From: Antedon mediterranea
Taxonomy: Eukaryota; Animalia; Echinodermata
NCBI RefSeq assembly: GCF_964355755.1
Contig: NC_092672.1
Location: 1,922,001-1,986,000, forward strand
Direction: 5' to 3'
DNA: 64,000 bases
Positions 12,761 through 27,330 of this stretch are shown here, piece by piece (within the stretch, counting starts at the first letter, position 1; every line of letters begins with the position of its first letter). Below the pieces are notes generated by a model, which made no database searches, had not been told where the DNA came from, and worked only from the letters and a program-made list of their open reading frames with translations. A program made the translations under genes and the position numbers.

Positions 12761-13256
12761 GTTTCATTCTACTGTATGTTAAGTATGTACTTAAAATGTT
12801 TGTACGATTTCTTTCTTTTCTATATATGGCTAGCAGACGCATGGCTATACAAAGACTGTATATTACAATGAACATATTCACGATCATCCTCTCAGTAAAT
12901 GCAGAGTACAGGAATTAACAATAAGCCAATACTCCATAAACACAGCCCGAATGGATTATTCTGGTGAACAAAATGTTGCCGATATAAACCATTAGCAAAT
13001 TCACATACAACAGAGGTTGCAATCCATGTGAATTACTTGACAATTTAGTTACAATAAAAGACTGTTTCTGGGTCAAGACATTCAAAAGTATAATATCGTA
13101 GAATGAAAAAAAGAAGCTTACATAAGCTAAAGTTTTGACATGAATCCACAATCCTATGGATAGGGAGTGGGGTTGGATGGAAGGATAAAATATACAAGAA
13201 AATACAATTTATCACTGTAGTGAATACAGTGATAAACAGTACTGTATTTTCTATAA

Positions 13257-13435
13257 AGCGTGGTTCCCACTAGCGACGCAACACAACGACGTAACGCAAC
13301 GCAAGTGAATTGACCAATCACAAGCGATGGCTTATTCGCTTGTGATTGCTAACTGTCTATAACTTCGCTTGTCATTGGTTAAAACGCTTGCGTTGCGTTT
13401 ACGTCCTTGCGTTACGTTCTAGTGGGAACCAAGCT
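13257..13435. mobile_element. Palindromic MITE, family D (PIF/Harbinger-like)
   Basis: taa|AGCGTGGTTCCCACTAG...CTAGTGGGAACCAAGCT|tta; internal arms acgcaacgcaag/cttgcgttgcgt and accaat/attggt make it a near-complete fold-back. Confidence 0.85.
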
Positions 13436-16400
13436 TTATCAATTTAAATGCATTCTTCTGATATTAGATTTTTGAGTAACAATAAATTATTATATAATTA
13501 ATTGAATACCAGATGCAACCTTGGATTTGATAAGATAGCTTATATAGTGCTCTTTAGAGAAGCGTGCAATCCCTTGATGTGGTATTCACACATGACGTAA
13601 GTTCTAACAACTGTTTATTGTTGCCTACGACGATGCCATTACTTATTAAATATTAAGACCCAATTTACATAGTAAACATACCAAATATTTTTCTATTTCC
13701 GGTCTCAGTTAATTAAATACTGTATGTTGTCTAAAAACAACTAGCAACTGTTACATTCGTATGTCTTGAGTAATAAAGTGAAGGAAGAACAAAGCCACGT
13801 GTCTGGTTAAATGATTTACAACGATTATTTTAGAACGCCGCAAATGTCAATCTATGTTAGCAAGTAGAAGACAATAATCTTGGTAAAGTTGACAGTGCAA
13901 TTTGAATTTGGTTGTTTAATGTCAGAGCATTCCAGTCTTATTCTAATCTTAGACCTACTAAGTGGACATGTACAGCTGTAGGAGTGTACTACACTATGTT
14001 GCCTATATATGGGCAAGGATTAAATAGGTAGTCAATGAAAAAGAGCATAATGTCAAAATACTTCTTTGAAAAGTTGATGTATTCTATAATATTAATACAA
14101 CTATTTATGTCTATACAAATACTTTACAAATTGATTGTTACAGTACAGTGTTTATATTTGTAAAAAAGCGGTACATTTTTGGTTGTCATTTTGTTGCAAG
14201 GGTTCATACCAATTAACTTGGCTCCCTCATACAAAAGTACATACATTTATCATTATAACATAACTTCTGAATGTTAAGACTATTTTAACTTTTATATTGA
14301 GATTTTGATAAAGTAAAAAATAAAGTTTTGGTGAATATCCACAATCAAACATAAGCTAATTAATTTTTAATATAAGGTTTAGTTACAAAAATAAGAACCA
14401 TAATTAATTAGCTACGTTCATACAAATTCTTTGATTGCTTAATTTAGCTTCTGACGAAACAACAAACGCAAGTGATAACATTTGAAACATCACCACGAAA
14501 ATAAATAACCTTTTATTTATTACACTTTGACAGGTCTACCATTACTGGGCATGGCGCTAGGTATTTACCCAAGACATCTTTACTCGGATATAACGGATCG
14601 TTTCAGAAAGTACATCAGAATTCAAAATTTAATACAATTAACGATACCTTTGTTTACAATCACCATGGCTTTGTTTATCTCTGATTACTTGAGTGTATTT
14701 AGATTTTTAGTTGAGTTGAATTACAAGGATTAATTAAAGTGTCGTGGGTAGATTACGAAGAATGTAATACATGGTTGTTATTGGGGATCATCACTCATCC
14801 AAGACGAGAAAGAAAGAAATAGATCCTTGAATGAACCCCCAAAAAAAACAGGGGAGGGGAGGGGAGGATGATGAGTTTTATGTAGAAATATGTACTGCCG
14901 AGTGTGAAACAAACCAACCAATCACATGCATACAAGTTTCAAACAAAGTAATTAACAAAATAGAACACATGATTAAGCAAAGACAAGCAATATATCAGAA
15001 ATTATAAATAATCATTTGAAATCTATACACGACACAGATGGTAGATGAAAACACAATTAGATTTAAATTTTGATATCGTATCAACATTACATGATGATAA
15101 TCTTGTTACTTTCTCCTCTAGGTGACACTTAGCCTAAATCTAGGCGAAAGGTCCTCTAAATTATAAAACAAATAACAATATTTTTTTTTAATATGGAAAA
15201 GATATAGAACTGATTGATATTTTGAATTTCTAAACTGTGCGTTTTACAGCGTTCCATTAGCGTCAACCAGCAAAAAGGTTTTTCAGTTTTGATATTAAGT
15301 TTTTTATTACATGGATTAACTTTGGCTAATGTATTCATAGCTGCCGCTACAATGCCCTAATTTTCAAAATGGTGTTCATGACCTCAACAGCTAAGCTTGA
15401 CCGACTTCAACGACGACACGACAGGCTACCTGATGAACAATTGCCAATGAATATGAATTTATTAATTAAGCCCACATTTGCCTCGCAAGAGGTGATTATT
15501 TCGTCGGTTTTATACAACGCAAGCTGTAGCACAACTGAATAGCGATCGGTGAAGCGGTAAATTTTGCAAATCAAGTGTGAATGCATCTCTTGGTCTGCTA
15601 AAGTCTGTGGTACTCGTTGCCTCGGGGGATATGCTAATGAGCAGAATAAATGATGGCATACTGTCTGGTGTCACCTGATGTGGTCGCTATTTACAGGTTA
15701 TACCTGTGATGACTAAGACTAATTGCTGATGACCATCTAATATTAGAACGATCATTATAACGCAAATATTATATCATAATTTAGCAATGCCATCATGCAT
15801 CCATAAATTGTTGTAGAATAATCATTTTCAATTACACACTATCCACAGCTGAATTCAAATTATTCAAGCTTTAAACATAAGTTTTTAAGTCAAATATTTA
15901 CGGCTATCCTATAATAAATAGACTTTACATCAATCAACATCAAATTTAATATTTTTGATGCATTGTTAAAATATGGTTAAAGATATATTGTCCCTTAAAA
16001 GAAATGTTGTTTTTCAAAGTTTATGTTGAAAATGCCATTTTAATGTCACATAATAGTTTGACCAAAAACTGGATCAATAAAACAATTATTTTCTTGAAAA
16101 TATTGTAATTTCAAGCAAAAAATACCTAAATTGTCAAGTGTCAGACAATGGTTTTTGGTAAATAATTATTTTTGTTGATTTATAAAATTGATAAAGAATT
16201 TAAATAATTTTACAATTTCTTTGATGATTGAATGAATCACAGTGACATATTACTTTACCATCATTTACCATATATGACAAGGAATTTTCAGCAAAGTTTG
16301 CGTCTTTCGTTCAAGTTTACATGAATATTTTCACGAACGATTGATACCTTTGCTAAAATAAACATGGTATAAAAATTAACCACTTAGGTGTGAAGTTGAG

Positions 16401-18047
16401 CAGACTGTTTAGATGTAGAACGTAACCTATGAATCTGGCGCAAGACACAAATACTTGGTCGTCTCAATGTTCATTTGATTTACTGTAAATGAAATAAAGT
16501 AAGCCTGCACTATGTAGGCCAGTTAAGTCCTACTCTACAAAGCAAAGGCATTTAACGATGAACAAAAATAATGTTTTCACTTATAAAAAGACAAAATAAA
16601 CAGTTAAATTCAACCAAAAACCCATTGACCTTCCAGGTGATTCCACTATTTTTGATTTAAATTACTGTTTTTTCAGGTAAAAAATTATGTGAAATTATTA
16701 ATAATAATAATTAAAATGGCATATTCAACAGGAACAGTTATAACAATTATTTTTTTTCAAGGGGACAATATTATATCTTTAAAATACAATACAACATTAA
16801 AATCAGATGGCCAAATATAAGAATGAAGAGAACTAATTTCTTGGGAGTGCAATTGTTTTAGTAGTAGCTTTTCATGACACACAAGGCCCTCATTTGGCCC
16901 ATAGGCGGCATGCTGGGAAAGCCCTGTGTTATTAAACAAAAGTTAATTGATCTTAGTACAGCACAGATGTTAGTATGACATGCCAACTACAATTCATTCA
17001 AGTCCTTGATATTATAATCAAATTTAACAACTCAATCTTACATTCATAACATGATTCTGTTAATTAATCAAGTAATCTCAGATAGCAATCATAACATTAC
17101 CTAATTAATTATTCTACACCAGGCTGCATTTCTTAACTTTTACTGAAAAACTAGGTAACTTTCATCTCATCTACTTAGTATAAATTAAAACAATTTAAAA
17201 ACAACAATATTTTTACACACATTATCAGTAAGTATGAACTAGGTCCACAATTTCTATCTATCTGTTAATGTTGTAATTTAATTGGATAAAATGAATGCAC
17301 TGATTGTATAATTGCGTCGATTTGCATTTATCATTTTGTTATCAAACTAAATTAATTTTATGAGTAAAATAATTCCAAAATTATTAAAACCAACATTATT
17401 TACATCATTAATAAAGAAATTAATGATTATAACCTGAACTAACTAGGACACTTAAGATGACAAATATTAATATCAAATTATTACCAACATAAAGAATTGA
17501 AATATTAAATTAATCATTAATGTTTCTAGAAAAATGATATATAAACAGCTTAATACATTAATGTGACCAATGAATCCGATTGCCTTTGGCATATCACTTT
17601 TTTCTGCAAAAATTAAAATGCAACCAATCGTAAGTGGGTCGGTAAAAATCCTCGACAGAGAAGACGATTATTTCTTGTGTGGATATACAGTAAGCATGCC
17701 ATAACTATATGGCTGCTATAACGACAACAATTACTACTACGAGATAACACTGCAAATGACAGGTAATTATATTCATCAGATATAAAAACGACATTAACTA
17801 AAATAGTTATGTTTGAAGACTCATCATACTTAAGTAAAAAACTACACTAGAAGTCAAACGAATGTGATAGAAAGGAAAAATGTCACACCTTGAATATGCA
17901 AATTAGTTAGCATAGTTAGTGTAGTCCCATAGTGCTTGGATATGAAATGTTGGGAAGGGTAGGATTATATACTTGCATTGCGTTTATAATGGAATTTACT
18001 AAAAGTCTTGTCCTAAATAAAATTAGGGGTAGAATTATACTACTACA

Positions 18048-18071
18048 CTACTACTACTACTACTACTACTA
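18048..18071. repeat. (CTA)n microsatellite
   Basis: Eight CTA units. Confidence 0.9.
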
Positions 18072-18960
18072 TACAGTACACTGTACTATACAATTGAGTT
18101 TACAATGGAATTAAAGTCTTGTGTCCCAAATAAATTAGGAGGTGGGATTATACGTGATCATGATGGGATTATACTTGGTTATACAAGATATATACATTTT
18201 TATAGAAATATATTATTTTATCAGAATATCATCGTATTTTTAAATTTTTTAAAAAACAATAGTGAATTGTTATTATCAGATGAAAGATTGATTGTATTGT
18301 TCAGTACAAAAGAATGTTAATGAAGTTACCATATGCAAAATTCTATCAAGTTTTAGGAGATATCTTTTTATAGTGTACAGCAGGCAATCCAATGACCGAG
18401 TCTCAGAACTAATAATAAACTCATATAAAAATATGAAAACAAAAGTACTAAAATCACAACAATTATACAAAATGAGATTCAAATCTCAGAGAAATTTTGA
18501 TGTGTAAAATTGTGAAATATGATCTGTCAAAACTAACAATGAACAAGGGAAAACAATTTTATTTTATGTCATAATTGCACAAATTGGTATAATTCATTTA
18601 AGGTTAACACGTTTGACCTTATTCTTCTTGCGATATGGCAATTCTGAATACGTTGCCACTAAACCTCTCAATTCTATTTCATCTTGGATTTTGAACGTAA
18701 TGGAAATAAAACAGATAACATAATTTATCACCATAAAATCATAAATGTCATTATAAAACGACCTTTTATCAAAGCTCTTATTTTAAAATATGAAATCATA
18801 TGTTTTAACTGTGTAATAATTTCGTTCTGACATCTTATTAAGGATAGAGACGATATTAAACTTGTAAGCTAGTCATATAACTTAATTCTAATTGATGTCA
18901 TAATATAATATATTCTTTATCAGAATTTTAAAATAATGACCTTAATTCAGGGGCAATAAC

Positions 18961-19066
18961 ATAAATGTACAATGAGAAGAACGATCTGAAAAAAGTTGAT
19001 CAAACCATGTTTTGAACTTAGATTTTGTTCTTGATATGTAGGCACTTTACCACTAGACCACTGAGT
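18961..19066 (-). mobile_element. tRNA-derived SINE head, second copy
   Basis: Reverse complement tggtctagtggtaaagtgcctacatatcaag...aagttcaaaac aligns with 59271-59325. Confidence 0.6.
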
Positions 19067-22000
19067 AAACGGCGAGCCAACAACAACACTTTTCACATTT
19101 AACATAGCAGATAAGAAAGCACTATTTCTCAAGTACAAATTTTTATCTCTACTTTCACAACTTTTACAATCTTAATTGAAGATTTTGGGTTGAAAAGTGA
19201 CATTCAACGGAGGCTAAATTACTATAATTATTTTGTTGCTTTATATAGTAACAATTTAATAACAGACATAAAGTACAAAGTTATATTATGCGCTATTAAT
19301 AACTTGAGACACTATAAACTCTGTGATGACCCTAACGACCCCAACACAAAACGAGAAAGTCCTTTCATAGTATAAGAATCAATAGAAATATAACACATAT
19401 AACATGACAACAATGCACACACTTCCTATCAAGTAAAGGTGCTACAGAGAATAGCCAAGGGCTGGGAAGTCATTGACCTCTAGGGTCAAATGACAGGACA
19501 GAAAAACATAGAAGGTATATATATATACTGGTCAGAATTTACTCATAAACAGCCAATTAAACGCATCAATCAAATAACTTTTGCTTGGACATAATGTATC
19601 AATTAACCTTAATTAAAAATAATAATAAAAAATATGGTTATCATGAATAAATTAATAATAATAATTTTAAATAAATTATTCTTTTGTTAATGATTGCTAA
19701 ATAATAATGAAAGTAGAACTTGAACTTTCTGCAAAATATCATCTTAAAAAATATCATTTTAAATTTTGATAGGACTATATCGTCAGATATTCACAATGGT
19801 CACCGCCATAGTAAAAGGGAGTGAATTTCAAGGAAGGAACAAGTGTCCAGATGAGTTAACTGCTGACTATAGATCTTGCAGTATGATATTTCTAATATGA
19901 AAATATAATTATTACACCGACAAAATCAAATAAATTCACCATATTGCTAATAATGCATGACCATAAGTTGTTTATTGAAATCTTTCTTTAATTAATTCCT
20001 AATTGTCATTCCGAGCTAAATCGTATGGTATATTTTTGTTTATGAACCTTTAAACCAATCAAAATTCAACTATCATACTCCATCTGCTACCGCGGAAACG
20101 AAATCAGATGACAATGATGATTATGGCGCGTGATGGTAGGACGATAACCAAAATAGACATTAATATCGTAATTTAATAATCAGAACACGTCGGGAGCCTG
20201 TTTGTTATATTGCTGGTGGTGATATTTGATACTACCATGTTTTTGTCGTAAGTGGCGTGCTTCACATGAATAATTAGCACATAGAAATAAACTGATAAAT
20301 ATTTTAGGCTATTTAGTGTGAACGAAATAAAGGTGGATTTGTACAAACTCATAAATTTATTCATTTTTTTCAGAAGGTAGCTTTACACGAGATGACTTGA
20401 AGAGGCCCTCACTTTAGACAAATGAAATTTTACAGTTTTAGTAAAGTATTTTACTAATATATTACAATAACAATATACTTCAAAATCATTATTTTCATTG
20501 CTAGACATTCTCAACTCAATTCAGGGTAAAAGCTCCTCTAAGTTGACTGTAAAACTCGCTATTTATAATTCCAAAAAATCATAAAGACTAATCGAAGAAA
20601 AAACGAGATAGGAATGCAGAACTGCTGAGAGCCAACGAAGACGACGTACGTAGATGGAATGAATTAATGAACATGACACAGGAAGCCTCAGCGGGGTGCG
20701 CATACCAACGTCAAGTGGTACCATAACGACACAAAACAACCACGTCGACAACAAACAGGCCAATCATTACAATTTCAACTATCATCTTTTTGGTGCTAAA
20801 CTAAAATTGAATATATCACAGTAATATAATGAGATGAAGTTATTTTATTGCAGAGAAGTAGGTCTTGTTCTTGGATAGATTGAGTCACAGAAAATAAACT
20901 TGTTAATGTAATGTTAGCAGAGGTCACAAGAATGATTCAAGTTATTCTATCATAGTAACTACATATGGACAAACTCCATTTTCATTTGAGAAAGATCTAA
21001 CATACAATCTCAATGATTCAATTTTAAAATGTTGGACGACAACCACGACATTACGTAGTCGCGAGATTGCACTTTTTACAAGTCACAAACAATTATCATT
21101 CTGAACTCAGCAGATTTTCAATGCAGATATTTTTAATGGAAATTACTAAGGGTTGGAGAAGAACACCTGAAAAAGCATGAAGAAATCTCATAGATGATTG
21201 GTATTGGAAAATGATTGACTTTTGTAGGTGATCCCTAACTGAAAACTGTGGAAGTTCCCTTTTGTAGTGGAGCTGGATAAAGGACATTCCATGATGAAAG
21301 GATTTTGGATAACCTCCTAATCTTCTACCTGCCTGGACACCTCTGTAAAGGTTTAAATATAAATGAACTATATCTCACATTATATATGAGATAAACTAAA
21401 TATTCATGAGTATTAACTACAAATTGAGTACAATTACAGTAACACTTAGCTACCATAACTCAATAGGCCTATATAACTATCTATTCTTTCAATTCTGCAC
21501 AATCTCCAAATTTATATGATCCACAAACAAACAACAATAATAAGTAGATTCACAACTTAAAATTATATTTATTGCACTCTTTTTACAAGACTTTGGAAAA
21601 TTTTGGAAAAACATCAACCTAAACAAATTGATAACAATAGGAGAAGAATAGAATATTATCAAAAATATAAAATAAAATGTCCAGGATGTTTTGATACAGA
21701 AATCTGAAAAGAAAAGAGGAGCCATGATTTAATGGAGCCAGACAACATGTCAAAACAAAGGTCTCAAAGACAAGAGTTTCCATATGGGTTTCTCCTCCAG
21801 CTTAGTTAGGCCTAGGAATTTTTTAACAATGACATCACAGTCTAATTTTAAATACAGTTTCACAATTCCCAAACCGATTAACACGAGAGGTAAGCAGCAC
21901 AAGCAGCATCAACGAGATGCTATAGGCTGGTGCATTCCTGGTATGTTGATTAAAGCTAGCAATGTTTTTGTTTTGCTATCTGGTGTATGGATAAGGGGCA

Positions 22001-23759
22001 TATTATGATTTATAGAAGGCTTTATGCTTATTGTCATAATCAGCACTGCCATAATATACTCTAGAAGGCATCCCCTATTTTGGTCAAAAGCTGTTGGCAT
22101 ATTTTGGGTGTTGTGTTTAACGACTCAGATGGAAAGTTTTCAACACATTTAGTATACAAACAACATGTGATTATAAGATTCCAGTGGATAGCTCCATATT
22201 TGGAGTTTTCTTGTTTCATTTTATACTCAACCAGAAAAAAAACAAATGTAGATCTGCTTCTTTTTTAAAAATTAATTCAATACTACTCTTTAGACTTTTT
22301 TCTACAAAAAGAGGCAAACATTGTACCAGTCTCTAATTTGAAAAGGTTAATTCCTTAACTCAACCTGAAAAATCAAATCAAATTTAGATCTGCCGATTGC
22401 AACTTTTTTTTTTTTTTATGAATTCAATATAACTCTAAGACAAGCACTAAAAGAAGCAACAGAAAATGTAATATTTCAAGCAATTAAAATATCACAGCAT
22501 AAAAACTATCAATCAAATATCTCGATATTTTTTCTTCTTTCAGTTTCTTCAAAAACTAAAAACCATGAGAATAGATTTTTGTTTCTTAACTTTCTGAATA
22601 TAACATTATATATCTATCTTTTGTGTATATTACTATTAAATAGAGACATGTAATGAAGATAATTGATAACATACTGATATGCTTATCATCTCATACTGTT
22701 GATAATAGTGGTTTGTGCTTTTTTATATTTTATTTTTAGGATTAATTAAATTTGTTTTTTCTGATGTTTTATCATTAGAATGTTATATATGTATATATTT
22801 TTATATGTATGATGTATGGATTCAAATAAAAACAAACAAATATGATAATAATAATTGCATAATACTATAGTGTAGGATAATATCATATAATAATAAGATT
22901 ATGATAATGATGAAAATAACCTTGATGTTGATTAACATAAAAAAATTATAATATATTTCAGAGAAAAAAGTCATTGTGGAATTTTAAAATAAAGTAGATG
23001 AAACAGAGATAAAAACCAAAGAACACATCAGATTAAAAGTATGATACAACATAATGCATTATATAATGAAGATGGAATAGAATTTAGGTCAAAGTTCACA
23101 TTGACAGTTACCATAATGTATTTCTTTGGAGTTGAATACAAATTTACTGGTGATATACAATGAGTAGCACAACATTGACAAAGATCCAGGTATTTTTTAT
23201 TTTCTGTAAAGTGTTTACAGTTTTCTTTAAAAGCCAGATTGTTTGCACCACACAATTTCCAAGGTTTACCATTTTATTCAAAATTTAACATGTAATGTCA
23301 AAGGTCATCCAGTATGTATTGGTACATTTTCCATTTGACTGAATTTCCCATTTGCAGACACAAAACCCTATTGTCAGTAATGTTTACCTTGCAAACGACT
23401 AAGTCTTCAATGTATTATTGAATATGCAACAAAACATTGCTATTTGCGTTAGGTTTTCTGTCCGTAATCGTGATTGCTCTACAAACGATAACGACAGTAT
23501 AGTATAAGAGGAATAAGTAGGCACCGCCTTTGGCAATGTCAGCATACAAGCTGATGATTATTATAAAGTGCAAGCTAGTCAGAATGCTGCTTCTACTAGC
23601 CTCAAATTCATTTCAATTTTAACAGCATCGTTCATGCCAAATATACATACTTCAATCATAACTTATCGATGTAATCTTGTTATATTTAACTAAACCTCAA
23701 TATGGAAAAACCTCTGACGAACTTACATCACATTGAGGTATTTGGCAACTATAGGCCTA

Positions 23760-23899
23760 CAGTGGCGTAACATAAGGTCCAAATGCCCCTGGTTTACCAC
23801 TCCTAGGGGCCCTCCAACACTGGGTAGTTGCATTGGCCCTTTTAAACTCTGGAGTATCCTGGGTTTAGCCAGTGAGCATCCATAGCCATTATGCCACTG
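23760..23899. mobile_element. hAT-like MITE, family F, 140 bp
   Basis: TIR CAGTGGCGTAA / TTATGCCACTG; 8-bp TSD CAACTATA at 23746-23753 and 23900-23907, with the left copy separated from the element by an extra GGCCTA. Confidence 0.82.
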
Positions 23900-26357
23900 C
23901 AACTATAAGTGGTATTTATACATAGGACTCATTAGCTTTCGAATATTAATGTAAAAACTGAAGGACAAATATAGCATTTGTTTCATTTAGTGTTGATGAA
24001 CATAGACATGTATACAGAATTTATCCTTGGGTAACAATATCTATCAAAGGGACCAAAGAGCGAGAAAGCTACATAGAATCATCACAGATAAACACATACT
24101 TTATAATCATTATCTTCTTTGTTCCTCTTGCTTTGTCTGTTTTAGTTTATCGCTAAGCAACGGTAATCAAATGCCAAGGAACTTGGAGTGTATACAATTA
24201 AGAAAGGTGTGAAAAAAACAACACATCAGGTGTTTTCAATTGAAGATGAAAATGGTATTAAAATGACCATTTGCATTAGAAATAAAAAAGGCTTTCAATT
24301 ACATAATTAATTGTACACAAAGAAAATGTAATGCACAAGGCCATCAATGGTCATTTTAATGTATTTTGATAAATATATTATATAGCTTACTAAAATAAAG
24401 TTAAACCAAACTGTCTTGAAATGCCAGTTAAAATTACAGGTTTACCATCAATGAACTACATACTAATCAAAACCAGAGGAAAATGTTTTCACTATAAAAC
24501 CAAAGTGTTACAACATTTAGTAGGTTGTCATTTATAATGCACACAATTGTAAGAACAATTATTAATGTACAAATTTAATCAATTAAAATATCCAATGAAC
24601 TGCATTGACTGTTCTTTCAAAAATAATTATTTATATTCTTAAAATAAATTTGTAGATCATGTAATAACAATTTTTTTTAAACAACTTGAATTGAAAGTTG
24701 ATGTGCTCGGCTTGTGATCAGCGGGATAGCTTTATAATAAGAAAAGCTATCATTAACTGCTCATGCCTTTATAAGGGCATGAATCAAATTGGTGAACAAA
24801 ATATATGCTAGGAGGTATAGAAGAATGAAAAACATGACCTGGTGTTTATTATTTGTGTATACATTCTCCACAGGAATGAGTGAGTGGCCACAGATGGCAG
24901 TATAAGAACAGTGCCAACATCAACATTGTAAAGTATATTTCAATTTCGTTCACTTTGTTATGGGGCACAACCAGCAAGATTGTATGGCACGCAAAATAGA
25001 TATATAACTTCACTATACAGTATCCAACTAAACAACATTAAAATGTCCTACAATTGTAATTCTAAGCCTTCCATACTTCACAAATAGGTGAGACCTATAC
25101 AGTTTCAATGGTATATGTATATTCTATTGTTGAAACTCATCCAGCCAGTAACATACAAATAATCAGGATTCAATTAATAACCAGCAGTACAAGAATACTA
25201 TTGATTTACTATATTATTTCTTTCTACCATTTTCATTATCTTTTCCAATGAATACTACACAGCACGCAGCACTTTTTTTTTTATAGCAGTGATCTTTAAT
25301 TGCAAATTTTGCTAAATGTCCTCTACTAAATTATGAATTATTATGATATTAACTTGTCGTATATTACAGTATTATACAATTGTAAACGTTTTTGCAGATG
25401 TGTTACCATACTGTACTAGTCTGTAAATAAAACTACATCTAGAGGAAAAATATTATAAGGTTCTATATTTCTGTATATTTTTTATTATGAGAATTTGAAA
25501 GTTATAATTTTTAAAATTAAAAAGATGGTGCGAAAATATCCATAATGACGTCAGTATTTCTAATCTGAAATTAACTATAAAATAAATATTAAATATAATA
25601 TAGCTTATTATAACTTCTAAATATCATTTAAACTGTTTAAAAAGATAATATTTAATAAAAAACCGAGAACCTAAATGTTTTATACAATATGATCTCTGTC
25701 AATCGTAAATCTAAACCTATAAATGATCTTTTCATCAATCGTTACATCGGTTCATTTGACCTATGACCTAACGTTTACATGGCAGGAATCTTTGCCACCG
25801 ATTTTCAGTGCGAATGATATTTCTAATCATTTATCGCCATTAAGTCATTGGCAATCTGTTATTTTGGATCTCTACTCTATCATCCGCTCGTAGAATTTTC
25901 TAGTTTTCTAGCTAATCCGTCTTTGTCCTATCCTGTCATTCCATTGAATCCCCCAGTTACTATTCCAGCGTGAGTTACGAGCGTTTTTCCAGCAACAGAC
26001 ACGTTGGATCTAGCAATGGTTGTACGTGACTAGCTCATATACTTAGCGGTTTTATCGCCGATGTAACGCAAGCCACTATTGTCTGCATAAGGAATGAATT
26101 CTTTCGCAATTCTCTTTTAAAAATCAATATAACTATTGTAATATCATTACATTGCAAGAAGGTTTGTTTTAGGTTAATTTGGTCGAATTTTGATTTTCTT
26201 ACATATTATAATAAATAATGATTAGATTGATGTGAATAATTGTCTGACATAACTACCAAAGCAAATACACACCAAAGCTAAAGTCATACATTTTTATGTT
26301 GCAATAATTTTTGATGATGGTTCAAGATTACAAATCTTTCGATAATGATTTAAATGT

Positions 26358-26511
26358 AATGTGCCCATATATGGACACGACGTCATTTCACTACCATATT
26401 TGGGAATATCACTACCATATTTGGAAATATCACTACCATATTTGGGATTATCACTACCATATTTGGGAATATCACTACCATATTTGGGCACTTTTTTTGT
26501 CAAACTAGTTT
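26358..26511. mobile_element. MITE family A, TIR-less copy with the internal 21-bp unit expanded to about 4.5 copies
   Basis: gtgcccatatatggaca...(atcactaccatatttgggaat)n...tttgtcaaactagttt. Source of the spurious repetitive ORFs 26294-26536 and 26311-26508. Confidence 0.85.
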
Positions 26512-27330
26512 GCAATTTTAAAAGAACAAAGTTCACATAAACTATAACTTGGTACCAAACAGAAAGAAGAACATTTGTTTTAAATAAACAACCAAATGCC
26601 TGTTCACAAATGAATATTAAAACTTATCAAAACTTGTTTTATCTTCAGTAAAATTTCTACACAATGATATAAAAATCAGCCAGGGTAATTATATATTTAT
26701 TTCTTATATTTTATTTCTTTCCAAGTCAGCTGTTGTGACAAATTTGTTATTTACTGATTAATGTCACAATTTTACAAATAAAGATGAGATTGGAGATAAT
26801 TCCAAGTGTCCAAATTATGTGTCGTTTGTGACAAACAATTCGTTATGATTCGTTGCTGTCAAATTAGATAATTCACTTTAATGTATTCTATTAAATCTAT
26901 AAAAATGGAAATTGTTTTAATGTTTTAATTGCCATGAAATATGAACATATTATTATTAACGCTTTTTTTTTAATTTCAGAAGTTAAATCTTGGTTGCCTT
27001 TAATTTGTAATGGTAATATAATAAAAAAAATTATTTGAAATAACAAAATAAAGTCAATAAAATCCACATTTCAATTAAATTTCAACTTCAATTTATTTTC
27101 CAAATTTCATAAGATTAAAGAATAATGTAACTATTTAAAACTAGATGGTACGCGAGCGACCATCGAGTAAACATTCTAGAAATAACGCGCGATTTACCGA
27201 ATTTTGCCCTTACGTAAATTTATATATAGATGAAGCAAACAGAAGGGAAAAACCAAAAGAGCAATGTTCGTCTGTGTGGCTATATCCTTACACATAAAAC
27301 AATAATATTTAGTACCAAAACATTTGTCAA

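Noticed and set aside
23028-23360. Cys-containing ORF resembling a LINE ORF1 zinc knuckle
   Set aside because: The motif is incomplete and there is no adjacent recognisable endonuclease or RT sequence; too degenerate to call.
24884-24902. CTCF-like motif TGGCCACAGATGGCAGTA (also GTGCCAGATGGTGCTA at about 48985)
   Set aside because: One base short of the consensus spacing, or mismatched in the core; not supportable without a PWM scan or ChIP data.
26294-26536. Repetitive ORFs (PKYGSDI)n and (HYHIWEY)n
   Set aside because: Translations of the 21-bp internal repeat of MITE family A.
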